Below, one piece after another: positions 22,931 through 35,639 of a stretch of 64,000 nucleotides of DNA. The notes under the pieces are model-generated. The model did no database searches. It saw nothing but the letters and a program-made list of their open reading frames with translations, and was not told the DNA's origin. This stretch comes from Octopus bimaculoides (Eukaryota). The translations under genes and the position numbers were made by a program. Location: positions 45,085,915-45,149,914 of the forward strand of contig NC_068990.1 in the NCBI RefSeq assembly GCF_001194135.2, given 5' to 3'. Each line of letters begins with the position of its first letter. The stretch's first letter is position 1.

Positions 22931-24966
22931 GTAAAGGTGACGCTTTAGATACAAACAATTACAGAGGTATCAAGTTGTTGGATTAGGTAATGAAGGTCAC
23001 GGAGAGGGTCATAGTCCAACTAATTAGGGAGAGAGTCAGTTTAGATGAGATGCAGTTTGGGTTTGTGCCAGGGATAAGAACCACTGATGCTATATTTCTG
23101 GTAAGACAGCTGCAGGAGAAATACCTAGCCAAAGATAAACCTCTGTACCTGGCTTTCATTGACATGGAGAAAGCCTTTGACAGGGTCCCCCGATCCCTTA
23201 TCTGATGGTCGATGAGGAAACTAGGGATAGATGAATGGTTAGTGAGAGCTGTGCAAACCATGTACAGGAATGCTGTCAGTAAGGTGTGGGTTGGNNNNNN
23301 NNNNNNNNNNNNNNNNNNNNNNNNNNNNNNNNNNNNNNNNNNNNNNNNNNNNNNNGGTTGGCAACGAGTACAGTGAAGAATTCCGGGTAGAGGTATGAGT
23401 CTACCAAGGTTCAGTCCTCAGCCCCCTCCTATTTATCATAGTCTTCCAGGCAACAACAGAGGAATTCAAGACAGGATGCCCCTGGGAGCTCCTCTATGCT
23501 GATGACCTTGCTCTAATAGCTGAGTCACTATCAGAACTAGAAGAGAAGTTTCAGGTGTGGAAGCAAGGATTAGAATCGAAGGGCCTTAGAGTCAACCTAG
23601 CTAAAACGAAAGTCCTAATAACTAGGAAGGCAGGCAAACCACAAATCCCTTCAGGTAGATGGCCCTGCTCAATCTGTAGAAACTCTATAAGATGTACCCA
23701 GTGTAAGCTATGGACATATAAGAGGTGCAGCAATATCAAAGGAAGGCTAACTGGAAAGATGTGCAGAGAACAACTTCTGCCACATTTAAAGGCGAAAAAC
23801 TAGAAGTAGTTGACAGCTTCTGTTACCTAGGTGACCAAGTCAATAGCGGGGGTGGGTGCACTGAAAGTGTAGATGCTAGAATAAGAATAGTCTGGGCAAA
23901 GTTTAGAGAGCTCTTACCTCTGCTGGTGACAAAGGGCCTCTCGCTCAGAGTAAAAGGTAGCCTGTATGGTGCATGTGTACAAACAGCCATGCTTCATGGC
24001 AGTGAAACATGGGCCGTGGCTGCTGAGGACATGCGTAAACTTGCAAGGAATGAAGCCAGTATGCTCCGATGGATGTGTAATGTAAGTGTGCACTCTCAAC
24101 AGAGTGTAAGTACTTTGAGAGAAAAGTTGGACCTAAGAAGCATCAGATGTGGTGTGCAAGAGAGACGACTGTGCTGGTATGGTCATGTGGCGAGAATGGA
24201 TGAGGATAGCTGTGTGAAAAAGTGCCACACCCTAGCGGTTGAGGAACCTGTGGAAGAGGTAGACCCAGGAAGACTTGGGATGAGGTGGTGAAGCACGACC
24301 TTTGAACATTAGGGCTCACTGAGGCAATGACTAGTGACCAAGACCTTTAGAAATATGCTGTGCTTGAGAAGACTCTGCAAGCCAAGTGAGACCATAACCT
24401 ATGTCAAGTGTGTAACCAGCCCACTTATGCGTACCTTTCCTTCATTGGACACTAAACTCTGCTTGCGTAGACCTGTTGAGGTAAGTAAAATCGAAATCAA
24501 ATTCGATGACTGGTATCCGTGCTAGTGAAGCGCTAAGAGCACCATCCGAGCGTGATCGTTGCCAGAGCAGCTGACTGGCTCCCGTGCCAGTGCACATAAA
24601 AAGCACCATTCGAGCAAGATCTTTACCAGTGTCGCTTTACTGGCACTTGTGCCAGTAGCACATGAAAAACAACATTCGAGTGAGGTCATTGCCAGTGCCG
24701 CTGGACTGGCTCCTGTGCAGGTGGCATGTAAAAAATACCATTTCAGCATGGCCATTGCTAGTACCACCTGACTGGTCCTCATGCTGGTGGCATGTAAAAA
24801 CACCCCCCACACTCTCGGAGTGGTTGGCATTAGGAAGGGCATCCAGCTGTAGAAACTCTGCCAGATCAGATTGGACCCTTGTGCAGCCATCTGGTCCACC
24901 AGTCCTCAGTCAAATCGTCCAACCCATGCCAGCATGGAAAGCAGACGTTAAACGACGATGATGATG
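22931..24966 (+). mobile_element. 5'-truncated RTE LINE (RT to 3' tail)
   Basis: MQFGFVPG..TTDAIF..RQLQEKY..DMEKAFDRVP, QGSVLSPLLF, LLYADDL, FCYLGD, LHGSETW, LCWYGHV; repeat-containing 3'UTR and (GAT)n tail; several stops and frameshifts. Confidence 0.95.
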
Positions 24967-25191
24967 AGATATATATATATATATATATTACTACATACAA
25001 TTTTATACACGGGCAGTTAAACTTACTATGAGCGTCTCCTCATTTAGCCAATTAAACAACCTTTCAGCATTTTAATGAAACAGAGATGGATAAAGAGAGA
25101 AGAATGGAGAGAGTTGGACACATATTGCTGATAATATTAGTAAAGAATATTAAGAAGTAGCATAGAAAAATATTGACACAGAAGTATTTAC

Positions 25192-25384
25192 TTTTAAAAC
25201 AATGACCACATTAAAGGACTGTATAGTCTGTACATGTTTGCTGTTTGGGTTGTTGAGATGGAGTGGATAGCCAACAAAACGGACATCTTTAATTTTAACA
25301 TCAAACCGTTTCCCACAGAGGATGGTATCAGCAGCAAGTAAAGTACCAAGGTTCTGAAAATTGAAACCCACGATATTGTGGCTC
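25192..25384 (-). CDS. NPRL3: NPRL3 coding exon 3 (longin domain)
   Basis: 193 nt, SHNIVGFNFQNLGTLLAADTILCGKRFDVKIKDVRFVGYPLHLNNPNSKHVQTIQSFNVVIVLK, similar to human CGQKFELKIDNVRFVGHP...FNVVFALR. Polypyrimidine+CAG acceptor, GTAAAT donor. Confidence 0.95.
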
Positions 25385-28300
25385 CTGGAAAAAAAAAGAA
25401 TGAAAGAAAAGAAAAAATTCCTTGAAAGAAGTAAAGAAATGAGGAACAGGAAATAGTAGAAAAAATTTGTAGATTAACATCACATTCTTTCAATGTCCAG
25501 TTTAGTTAATATATGTTTCAAACATCAAAGGTCATTTTTTTTTTTAATTCTTTGTTCTTTTAGTTTTTTTACTAGTTTCAGCTGTGGTTAGTGTTGTTGA
25601 CAAAAATAATACAGTATGAATGTCTTGTGAAAACATTCTTTGATATAACCTTTCTATTCACATTAGTTGTTCAAGTACCTCTTTGCTGACATCATACATC
25701 AAGACTGCTGGCTTTCATGCTGGTGTCAATATTCAGAGGTTCTTTCATTCTTGCTCTAGCAGCAAAGCCTCTGTCATATCTGGGTCATCAAGTGGTAGTT
25801 TGTTATTATTAACTAGCAATCCCAATGTCATGTTATACAGTGTTTAACCAAATAATGCCATAGATGCACATGATCTCTAGAAGCCTTGTTCAACTGAACA
25901 GCCAATTCTGACATTGAACTAGTAGCCACTTTAAATAGTCTTATATCAACATGTAAATTGCATGTAACACAACAATATTAGCAGAACATTGACATGATAG
26001 CAAACATTTAGGCCAGGGTTCTGGTCTGAAGATAACTTCATCTCTTTAACCCACAATCCCACCCTGCAAAAGGGCAATGGATGCTATATTCCTCCTCCAA
26101 TTAAGCCATTAAACAATTTTTCCAAAATAAGTGGAGTGGTGTGTTTGTTCAGTATTACAACAAAATGATTGTTGAAGACAGGAACTAAGTGATTGCTGTC
26201 TATTCCCTAAGCTGCAATAAGATAAAATGTTGCAGGATTTAAACCCACAAACCTTTAGTTTACAACTCTACCTAGCATTTATATTCAAGATCTTAAAGTA
26301 GTTCTTTTCCTCCATTTGCTCGGTCCAGTCTTAGTCAATGTTACACCACACTTTCAGACCCACTTCACACCATGGAAATATAATTATTCTAAATACTTTT
26401 GACACAAATTCATTAGACAATTACTAATTCCTTGTTTGGGCTTTGTTTCTCTTTGGTCCATCTCTCCATCCCACAGTCTATCTCTCTTGTCTCTGACACT
26501 GTTCACTTCTACTTGATACAGAGTTCTGCTCGCTTGATCAGTAATCTCTTGAAAGCCTCTGTCTACATCAGTGTTGATGTAGAAAATTAAACGAGGACTG
26601 GAAATACCACAGGTACAGAAATGGTTACTTTACAGTTCTGCTTAACAACTTATGCTCTTAGTAGCATGACTTTCATCCACCAGCAGATGTTGACTTCAAT
26701 GAAGAAACCAAGTACCCTAAGTGAGCTGAGTACAATTTTAACAATTTATTATTATGTGATAGTCAAACTGACCATAAGAAGACAGTTGCTGGTGACAACT
26801 GAAGACATGTTGTCACCAAACACATCGTTCTCAAACTGTTCTTGATTTGTATGACTGCAAATTTTTTTTTAATCTACTTAACCAGAAAGGGAAGAGCAAA
26901 ATCTATGATCCTTTTATCTCAGGAGTCTGAGACTGGCAGGAGGAAAAAAGGAAGTCATGCTCAAACCAGAGGCTTAGCTCAAATGCATACAACACTAATA
27001 GTATCCAAGGACCAGGTGATAGTGTTAAACAATGTGACACTAAATCTACCACCAAAGAAGCTAGAATGCAAAGAGATGGAACAAATACTGCAAGGCATTT
27101 TGTCCAGTGTTCTATCAATTGTCATTTCATCATCCTGGACTAGTAGTTTATTTTATCGACTTTGAATGAATGAAAGACAAAGTTGGCCTTATTAGATTTT
27201 GAACTGAGAAAGGACAGAGAGCGAGAGCAAATACTGCAAGATGTTTGTCATATGTTCTAACAGGTGAAACAAGATTTATACAAAAAATTTCCACTCACCC
27301 AAGTAATGTTTCGTTTTCTTTATTTGAATCAGTTTCTTCACTAAAGAGAAAAGGTAAGAAAAAACAGAAATTATTTTCAAATTCATGAAAACAAAAAACA
27401 AAAAAAAAACCTGCCCTCACCCCAGCAAAAAATTCATTGTTATAAGAGATGAATAGTTAAATTGCTTTTATTACTATTTAGCCCCAGGTCAACCTTGACT
27501 AAGCAGATCTATGATCAAATGTATTCTAACAATAATCATCTCTTCTTTTTCTCAGGCAGAATATACACCAGATTACACTATCCAATGTATCCTTTTTTTA
27601 AAAAAAAAGGTATGTTATAGTTGAGGGGGCTATGGCTACTATGTCTAGCAGGTAGAGTAATCAGTAGAGGAAGCTACCTCATCCACTGAATGAAAAGTTT
27701 AATAAAGGTGAAGTCTGAATTCAGTAAGGAGAAGTAGCAAACTAGATAGTATGATTACTTTAGACTGGCTTCCTCCTACATCAGCTGTGGAAACAGAAAA
27801 TGATTTCATTCTATGGTTCAAAATCTATTTTTTTATGATGTATGAATAGAATGTAGCTTGACTTTTTAGTTTTTCAAAGTATTTCTTTTCATCTATGTAT
27901 CTCAAATTATATATGAACACTAACCAAGATATCTCAGCCTAATAAGATGACAGGACCAAACTATTGGCCTACCATTTTCATGGCTGAAAAATAACAGACA
28001 ATCTCAGCAAGAATAAACACTCACACACACAGATACATACACCCACACATTGGATGCAGGATGGCTGGGTGGTTAAAAGTTTGCTTTGCAATCATGAGGG
28101 CTCGGGTTCAATCTCATTGTGTGGTATCTTAGGTAAATGTCTTTAACTATTGCCTAGGATTGATCCAGGCCTTGTTATTGAAATTAGGTAAATGGAAACT
28201 ATGTAAGCCTATCAGATGGACTGCACCTGTAATTCAAAGGTAGAACTTTGTTGCAGATTCTATCAGAGGATTATGTTAATGGTACATAAGACTGTGGAAC

Positions 28301-29306
28301 ATTCAGCCACAAACATTCTAATTCAGTGAAGAGATATCACTATTGATAGAACAACTGAATCTCTGTGGTCAAAACTGATGAAGATCCATTTTACATGCAC
28401 ACACACAATTTACATGCACACATATATATGTATATAAATATTATATATACACACACACACGTTATGGACTCTCCAGTTGTTATTCAACAGATGAGGGTTC
28501 CACAATTTCTTGCCTAACAACCACACAGATGATTGTAGGACAGTTTGTGCATACACATACACACATGTAATAACGAGCTTTTTTCAGTTTCCGTCAATGA
28601 AATCCCTTCACAAGGCTTTGATCAGCCCAGAGCATATGCCCAAGGTACCACACACAGTATAATTGAACCTGAAACCATGTGGTTGGGAAGCAAAATTCTT
28701 ACCACAGCCACACACACACTTTTCTTCATCAATTAAGGTTCAGCTATTCCTTTATACAATTTTACATAATTTTTATCTGTTTATCTCCTAAAAATAGTTC
28801 TGTTTTCTTCAGTGTAAAAGCATTAGTTGGCTTTGTTTCCAAGGGATAAAGTGGTTTTGAACTATAAGAGTAAGGCACCAAACTACTAACCACATGATCA
28901 TGCTATCAATCCTTTTAGCCATAGTTGTATGCTCCTGAACAAGATGTAATTCTGTTTTCACCAGCCTAATAGGTTCTACTTTTAATTCATTGAAGACTTT
29001 TTAGCAGTAGCAAAAAAGAGAAAAAAAAACTAGCCATAAAAGCAATTTAGTTACTATAACAATAAACAGTTATACAAATTAAGAAAAACCACACACATAA
29101 CCAGTTTATCCAGAATATACCCCAGACCACATTTAATTTCAGTTTATCTCATATTGGTTTTTATATTTAAAAAACTTCAAGCCTTTACATTTCCTTTATA
29201 CTGTTCATGTCATTTAGTATCGTATGATGGTTGCATCATTCCCTTGCTCTCTCCTATTAGTCTTCATGCATACATAAAAAATGAGATTTCCTCATGTGGA
29301 ACTTAC

Positions 29307-29364
29307 ACTTTTGCACAAAGGTCATCAATAGGAACAACAGCATAAGGATTCGTCCCAACATTGG
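29307..29364 (-). CDS. NPRL3: NPRL3 coding exon 2
   Basis: 58 nt, acceptor ttttcattgtag, donor GTAAGT, (S)NVGTNPYAVVPIDDLCAK(V). Phases 1/2 join the neighbouring exons exactly. Confidence 0.85.
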
Positions 29365-31315
29365 CTACAATGAAAATAAGAAATGTGAATCCTCTTTCTT
29401 TGTCTTTTCATCATGTACAAAATTAAAATATTTTCTGTTTTACCACAAGTTAATTAATTCTGCAAATGTTAGCATTTGCACGAATTATCAAAACAGGTTA
29501 TGTGTTTTTAAGAAGCCCAATTATTCAAAGTGTATGATGACTGTAGTGATTGAACTTGTGTATTAAGTGAAGTTTGAACCCAGAATCAGTTACCACTTAA
29601 CTGAACTGTTTCAACAATATGACAGACTTAAGATAACAAGTTTTATAATTTATGAGAGTAAACATCTGCCATCATCATCAAAGATTTTAGAGTAATTGTT
29701 CATATGAGGACAGGAGTTAAACATAAGTGGAAGAAGAGTGGGGTTTTTTTTTTTTTTCTAAAGAGAGAGAGAAGAAACGATGCTCGTAGCTTTAGAAGGC
29801 TCTTCGTGACATATATACAAGTGTTGTTGGTACTGTTGATGTTTAGCCTGAATTGCTGCAGTTTAACAATGGATTAAGTGTGAAGCAAAATAGTGAGGTG
29901 AGAAAAAGTGTTACAGACTCGTGAATTCATATCTGCTGCAAACGTTTGGTTGTATATCGAAGATCAGGATAGATCATTCTATGCACCTTAGTTCAAGCAT
30001 AGGGAAAAGTAATCAACGATGGACTGGTATACTATTTAGAGAGAAATTAATTCCTCATCCACTTAACATCATACTAGTGGATCAAAAGGAAAAAAAAAGG
30101 TTTTAGAATGAAACCTCTTAAAAATGCATTCCCTCGTGAAATATTATCGTTCAACTTCCACACAATCAGTTCAGAATAAATATAATTTAGTAAGTAGTTT
30201 TAGAATATATATATCGTTGCTATTATGTTAAACTGGTGTATGTTCACATTTGACCAAATGCGTTTTTCTCCATAATAATTTTTGCTTGCAATAGCCGGTT
30301 CTTTTGGTCAAACTATCGCATCTCCAGCTGCTTCAGATGCCAAGATGTAAAAAATTGTCGAAGTGTAGTACAACGGTTTTGCTATTTTTTCGTTTTCTGA
30401 AAAAGCAACGTTTAGGAATTACGACACTTTTACATAATAGCAACGAGATTTTATATATATATATATAGGTTGTTGTGTAGCAGAGCCTGTTCATTTACTT
30501 ATATATATATATACATATAAAAGTAAAAGAACAGACTTTGCTACACAATAACCAATTCTAAATTAAATAAAGTTAGATGATTTGTAAAAGAAATCAAAGA
30601 TAAACCAGTAAGATATTAAAAAAGATAAAAGTAAAACCTTCAAAGTTATGCTATAAACAATAAATTACAAGATATTGTATCGAATATAGAATTATGAAAT
30701 TTTTAGTAACGTTTGTAGCCGTAAATTCCATCATTCGGAGAAAAACCTTGTCTTTTCCTATATTTAATGTTAAGTTCCCCCTCCCATTTCCAATAAAGGG
30801 TCCTGTCTGAAACAAAAAATTCTTAGTATACCAACTATCATTATAATTTTCCCGACTGAGAACTACGGTGTTTGTGGGTGTCACAAGATTGTCACTTTGC
30901 AACACTAACACACCATAAGCATGTTTGTTACAAGCGCCGGTTAATTATTTTCGTTGACGTGAGTAATTTTGTTCGCTGCTGAAGGCAAATAATTTGTTCT
31001 CTGTACTTTCAATTTCTTTACACGTGACACTATTAAGCATTTTGAGTAAATTTCGTTTAGTTTTGAATTTTTCAATAAAAACAAATCAATTTAACCGAAG
31101 CTAATACAAAAATGAAGTGAAAGAAAAAATGTGTAGGGATAAATTTTTGAAAGTTTTTTTTTTTTTCTAATTTACTAATGAACCACAGATTAAGTTGCAC
31201 GACTTGGGAGTGTCATAATTGAAAGGAAGGCTTAAAAAGTAAAGAGAAAAAAATCATTGATCGAGTAGTGGGGGTTTTCAAGAATCGATCAAAAAACGAA
31301 ACACAAACCACTTAC

Positions 31316-31430
31316 ATCGAGAGGCAACTGCATTCTTCTTGGTAGTTTCGTGTGGGTAACGAAATAAAATTCGATTCCCTTTAGAGCCTGACGTGGCCAA
31401 AATGATAACGATCGGATCCAAATCAGCCAT
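31316..31430 (-). CDS. NPRL3: NPRL3 (GATOR1 subunit) coding exon 1, contains ATG
   Basis: Hand translation MADLDPIVIILATSGSKGNRILFRYPHETTKKNAVASR matches the NPRL3 N-terminal motif (human [21 protein letters not shown]). Ends phase 1 with a GTAAGT donor. Confidence 0.95.
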
Positions 31431-31719
31431 TTATATGAAATATATATATAAAATTAAGAATATAAATGCCACGAAGACAACTAGCATATATAATTTGATT
31501 TGACGGAGTGACAGTGTACACTAGCGTGAAGGGAGCTCATTCATTCGCATTTTCTCAAGCCCTTAAAAGAAAAACGAAATAACATTCTTGCTTAACGATT
31601 TGGGGATCTCTATACAAATCGTACTCGATGTTTTCTTCTGTAGAACGGATAAAATATATTTATCTTAATCATGCTGGTATAACAGTTAGAGGAATAAAAA
31701 AAGGATCTAAATGACAACT

Positions 31720-31800
31720 CGGCGAAATTACAACTCTCACATGATAAGCTTTAAAATCGGAACCGGAAATAAATGTTAATTTTCAAACGGTGAATGTCAT
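31720..31800. promoter_or_regulatory. Candidate NPRL3 core promoter, possibly bidirectional
   Basis: Locally CpG-enriched non-repeat DNA about 300 bp upstream of the ATG, with tandem ETS-like CGGAA/CCGGAA motifs (cggaaccggaaat) and donor-like GTGAGA (minus) and GTGAAT (plus) on either side. Motif-level evidence only. Confidence 0.35.
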
Positions 31801-33003
31801 ATGTTCACCTTTCAAAAACGGTAGAGCGCCGGACTAAATGTCTTACAGTGTTTAATTTAACCCTTCTGTGTTCTGAATTCAAATCATGCCAGAGTCAATT
31901 TCATATTTCATCCATGTGAAGTTGGAAATATAGATACTAGTAATACTCTAGGATCCATTAAATAATCTGTTTCTTCACCACAAAAATTGGCTTTGTACCA
32001 AGAAACCAGCATTTATCTCTTGAATGTGGTGAATACTGAAGAGCAGAGATAAATTTCAATAAGCCAAGTGTGCAACCAGAAAGAATCTAGACATAGATGA
32101 ATGGAATCCTGGTCTAAAGATCAAAGTGCCTGATATGTTAATTTATAGATTAACATATCCAAGACAAAGTACTAGTTAGTAAGAGAGAGTAAGCTCAAAA
32201 TTACCAGTGCCACCTGGGAAGCTCAAGATGCAGAAAGTAGGTCCAGGAATGGCAACTTGGTGGTAAAAATCTATGCTCACCTCTGTCTACATAGACAGAA
32301 CATGACAGACAAAATGACAAAAATTGTTTTTTTATTCCTGATGAAGGACCATGGTAAGAGACAATCCACATTGAGACTCCTCCAAATAATGCCAGTAAGG
32401 AAAAATGAACATAAATGATCATTATGATGTAGGAAATTGATATTATATATCTAGTGAAAGCAATAGACACACAACATGTACAGTGAAATCTCTAGCAGGC
32501 TGAGATATTAGAAATCAGAAACTTCTTGCAATGGCTCAGTTTTGACATTTTTACACTTGTCTATAGCTCACATGAATATTATAACATATCTCATCTATAA
32601 AAAAAAAACATCTCTCATTCCCATGTATCACCTCATTTCCATTATTAGCAATGATTATGTAAGCAAAAATGAAATAATTTGTAGCATGAAAATTGGTCCA
32701 CAAGCATTAACTCTGTGACTACGGAATTAAATTTCATGGTTATTCCAGTATTGATGTGAAATATCAACCACAAAGATAGAATGTTAGATGGAGGAATATA
32801 GCATGAAATAATGATCACTCTGTTAGCTTAGTAAATTATCAAACATAGGTAATAGTAGAAAATGTTTGACAATTAGATGGTCTAAACTGTATAGAAGGTG
32901 GTTGTAGTGAAAGTAAAGTAGTTAGGATATAAGGAAAAAGTGGAATAAATCCTGGCATTTGTTATCTCTATTGACAACAAAGTGTATCTCTGTTTCTGCC
33001 TGC

Positions 33004-33034
<31 letters not shown>

Positions 33035-35326
33035 ACTCTCATGTGTTAGATGTATGATGTTACTACATGGTATCACGAAACATGAGCACTGAATGTGAAA
33101 GATGAGGTCTGATCTTAAGATGTTGAAACAAGCAAAAATATGTGGAATGGCAGGCTTGTCCAATTCCAGCCAGCATGGAAAAATGGATATTAAAATATTA
33201 TTGATGATGATGGTGGTGGTGGTGGTGGTGATGGTAATGATGATAACGACGACGACAACAATGATGATGATGATAATGAGGAGGAGGAAGAGGATAAACT
33301 ATTTTATTTTCATCTGGACATCACTGAAATCTTTATCTTCATTTTGTGTATCTGGTGCAAGTGGTGCCTGTTCTTCTCTATGCAACACTCAAATCCTTTC
33401 CTTCATAAGCAATACTAAGTTCACAGGCTTAGACGTAACCACAACTGTTACATTCAAATAACGCAGCTCGGGATTATATTGTCCAAAACAAACTAACTTC
33501 ATACTTCTATGATTTGTAGCATCAATTTTTGCAGATTTACAATCATATATTACACCCTAACAGAGAAAGAAAACCCTTTTTATCATAACTAACAAACAGC
33601 ACTTTTTTCCTTTGTTTTTCATCATCAACAGTTTTAAGGAAGAAATATATCAATATTCATCACCGTTAGCTTCCTGTGCATATTCTATGTACTGTTCATG
33701 CATTTTTGGTTACTTTTTTTGATGAATTGTTGTGCACCAGAGCACTGTACACAATAAGTTTGTTATACTCATCTTCTTTTGAAAGTAAATGACATCAAAT
33801 ATAATAAGATCAGATTATCAATTCAGATATTAATGGCATATGAATATTGTCCCCTTTCCATTCTCTCTTAAGCCCACTATTATCAACACTGTTATAAGCC
33901 ACACCGACTGAAGAAGTAATTTAGGTCCTTACCTTTAATAAAATAAAAAAAGCAATTCTTTTGCATCTGTCAGAAATGACTGGTTGTTGGTTCATCCTAC
34001 CAATACAAATAGTCTCTAAAAGTGAATAATGTAATCCTTAGTATGCAAAAAGATGGGACAGTTATGGCTGTAGTGTCTTTTATCATAGGTCTTCAAGATC
34101 AAGGCTAAATTTGGAATGAACAGCAGCAGCACCACCACCAACAACAACAGCAGCAGCAGCAGCAGACTAGTTGATCTGTAAACTAATAGGTTAGTTGAAT
34201 AGTAAAAACAGCACAAATGGCTGTTACTTTGTGATTTTTACTTCTTTTAATCAAACTGAAAAATTCTTTGCCACTCTGTCACATCTGTCCAAACTTCTTG
34301 TATTTTGCCTGGTACTGTTGTAGTATTTATATTATTAGTTATCATTTATTATTTACAAAATAAAAATATTTCTTATTCAGTGACTTTTTAATATCATACT
34401 AGGAAGATGTCTTTCTCAACATATATTACAAACTGGTTGGAATCATTTCAAAATTATGCACTCAGTAACAACAAGTGCAGCAAAAATAAATTGGGATTGA
34501 TAACATGTTGAGAAAAAACAAGAATTTTAGATGCACCAGATGCAGGATAGTTAGCAGGAAGCACAAAATGCCTGAGAATGACAGGATAGATTGTTGCAAG
34601 AAGCAGACAAGTTCTGCTGCTTAAGAGCCTTGAAGTTGTTCCAGTGAAAATAGAGTAAAAGGTATTTACTGGTAACTTAGCTGGTAATCTCTCTTTATAC
34701 AAAGCAGACAGTAAGAAGTTGCTGTGTTATATTAAGATATGAAAAAACTGACTGAAGAAACTTTAATGACTAAAAAATTTTAGTATGTGAAAAATGTTGA
34801 AACCATGTGAATTGAGAAAGCATCTGGGAATCAAAGAGGTTTTTCTTTGGTCTTCTCATATAATGTAAATGAGTATGTTCTATGGTTAATATGAGGTGTG
34901 AATTGATAGGCATAGCTAGGCACTGGCATGTGTAGTATAGAAGTTCACCTCACAACTATGTGGTTTCAGGTTCAGTCCCACTGAGTGGTACTTTGAGTAA
35001 TTGTCTTTTACTATAGCCCTGGATTAATCAATACCTTGCAAGTGAATCTTGAGGAAACTGTGTGGAAACCCATCATCAACAACATTATCATTTAACAGTC
35101 CCATTTCCATGCTTGCATGGGCAGATGGAATTTGTTGAGACAGTTTCTCTACAGCTGGGTACCCTTGCTATTGCCAACCTTCATTTGTTTCCAGTCAGGT
35201 TAAAGTTTCCCCATGACCAGGCATATTTTTCACTGGAAATGAACATCACCTGTATGATGTTGATGGTCATTTACAAACATAATGTCAAGACAAGGGTACT
35301 CACAAACATACACCTGCATATATATA

Positions 35327-35573
35327 NNNNNNNNNNNNNNNNNNNNNNNNNNNNNNNNNNNNNNNNNNNNNNNNNNNNNNNNNNNNNNNNNNNNNNNNNN
35401 NNNNNNNNNNNNNNNNNNNNNNNNNNNNNNNNNNNNNNNNNNNNNNNNNNNNNNNNNNNNNNNNNNNNNNNNNNNNNNNNNNNNNNNNNNNNNNNNNNNN
35501 NNNNNNNNNNNNNNNNNNNNNNNNNNNNNNNNNNNNNNNNNNNNNNNNNNNNNNNNNNNNNNNNNNNNNNNNN
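35327..35573. other. Assembly gap (other gaps at 9895-9903, 23295-23355, 49399-49408)
   Basis: Runs of N. Confidence 1.
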
Positions 35574-35639
35574 TATACATACACAAAATACATACATAAG
35601 AAACCTACACAATGTAGATGTCTTCAAAAAGGAAGTAGA

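Noticed and set aside
23281-23370. 61-N gap as missing RT sequence
   Set aside because: GGTTGG ends the left side and starts the right side, and the RT frame reads through (KVWVGNEYSEEF), so the gap is probably zero-length.
26620-26850. Possible CR1/L2 endonuclease relic
   Set aside because: Only faint similarity (DF.IHQQ.LTS); too degraded to call.
33102-33461. 119-aa plus-strand ORF with poly-M/V/T runs
   Set aside because: Built from a retro-element tail and compound trinucleotide repeats.
33500-33556. Weak resemblance of GVIYDCKSAKIDAT....MK to TSR3 (GVAVIDCSWARLDET....MR; human 16p13.3)
   Set aside because: The conserved DCSW tryptophan is absent and I found no other TSR3 exon; probably chance.
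33600-33700. Box C (GTGATGA) on the minus strand as a snoRNA in the candidate transcript
   Set aside because: No box D or terminal stem at a suitable distance.
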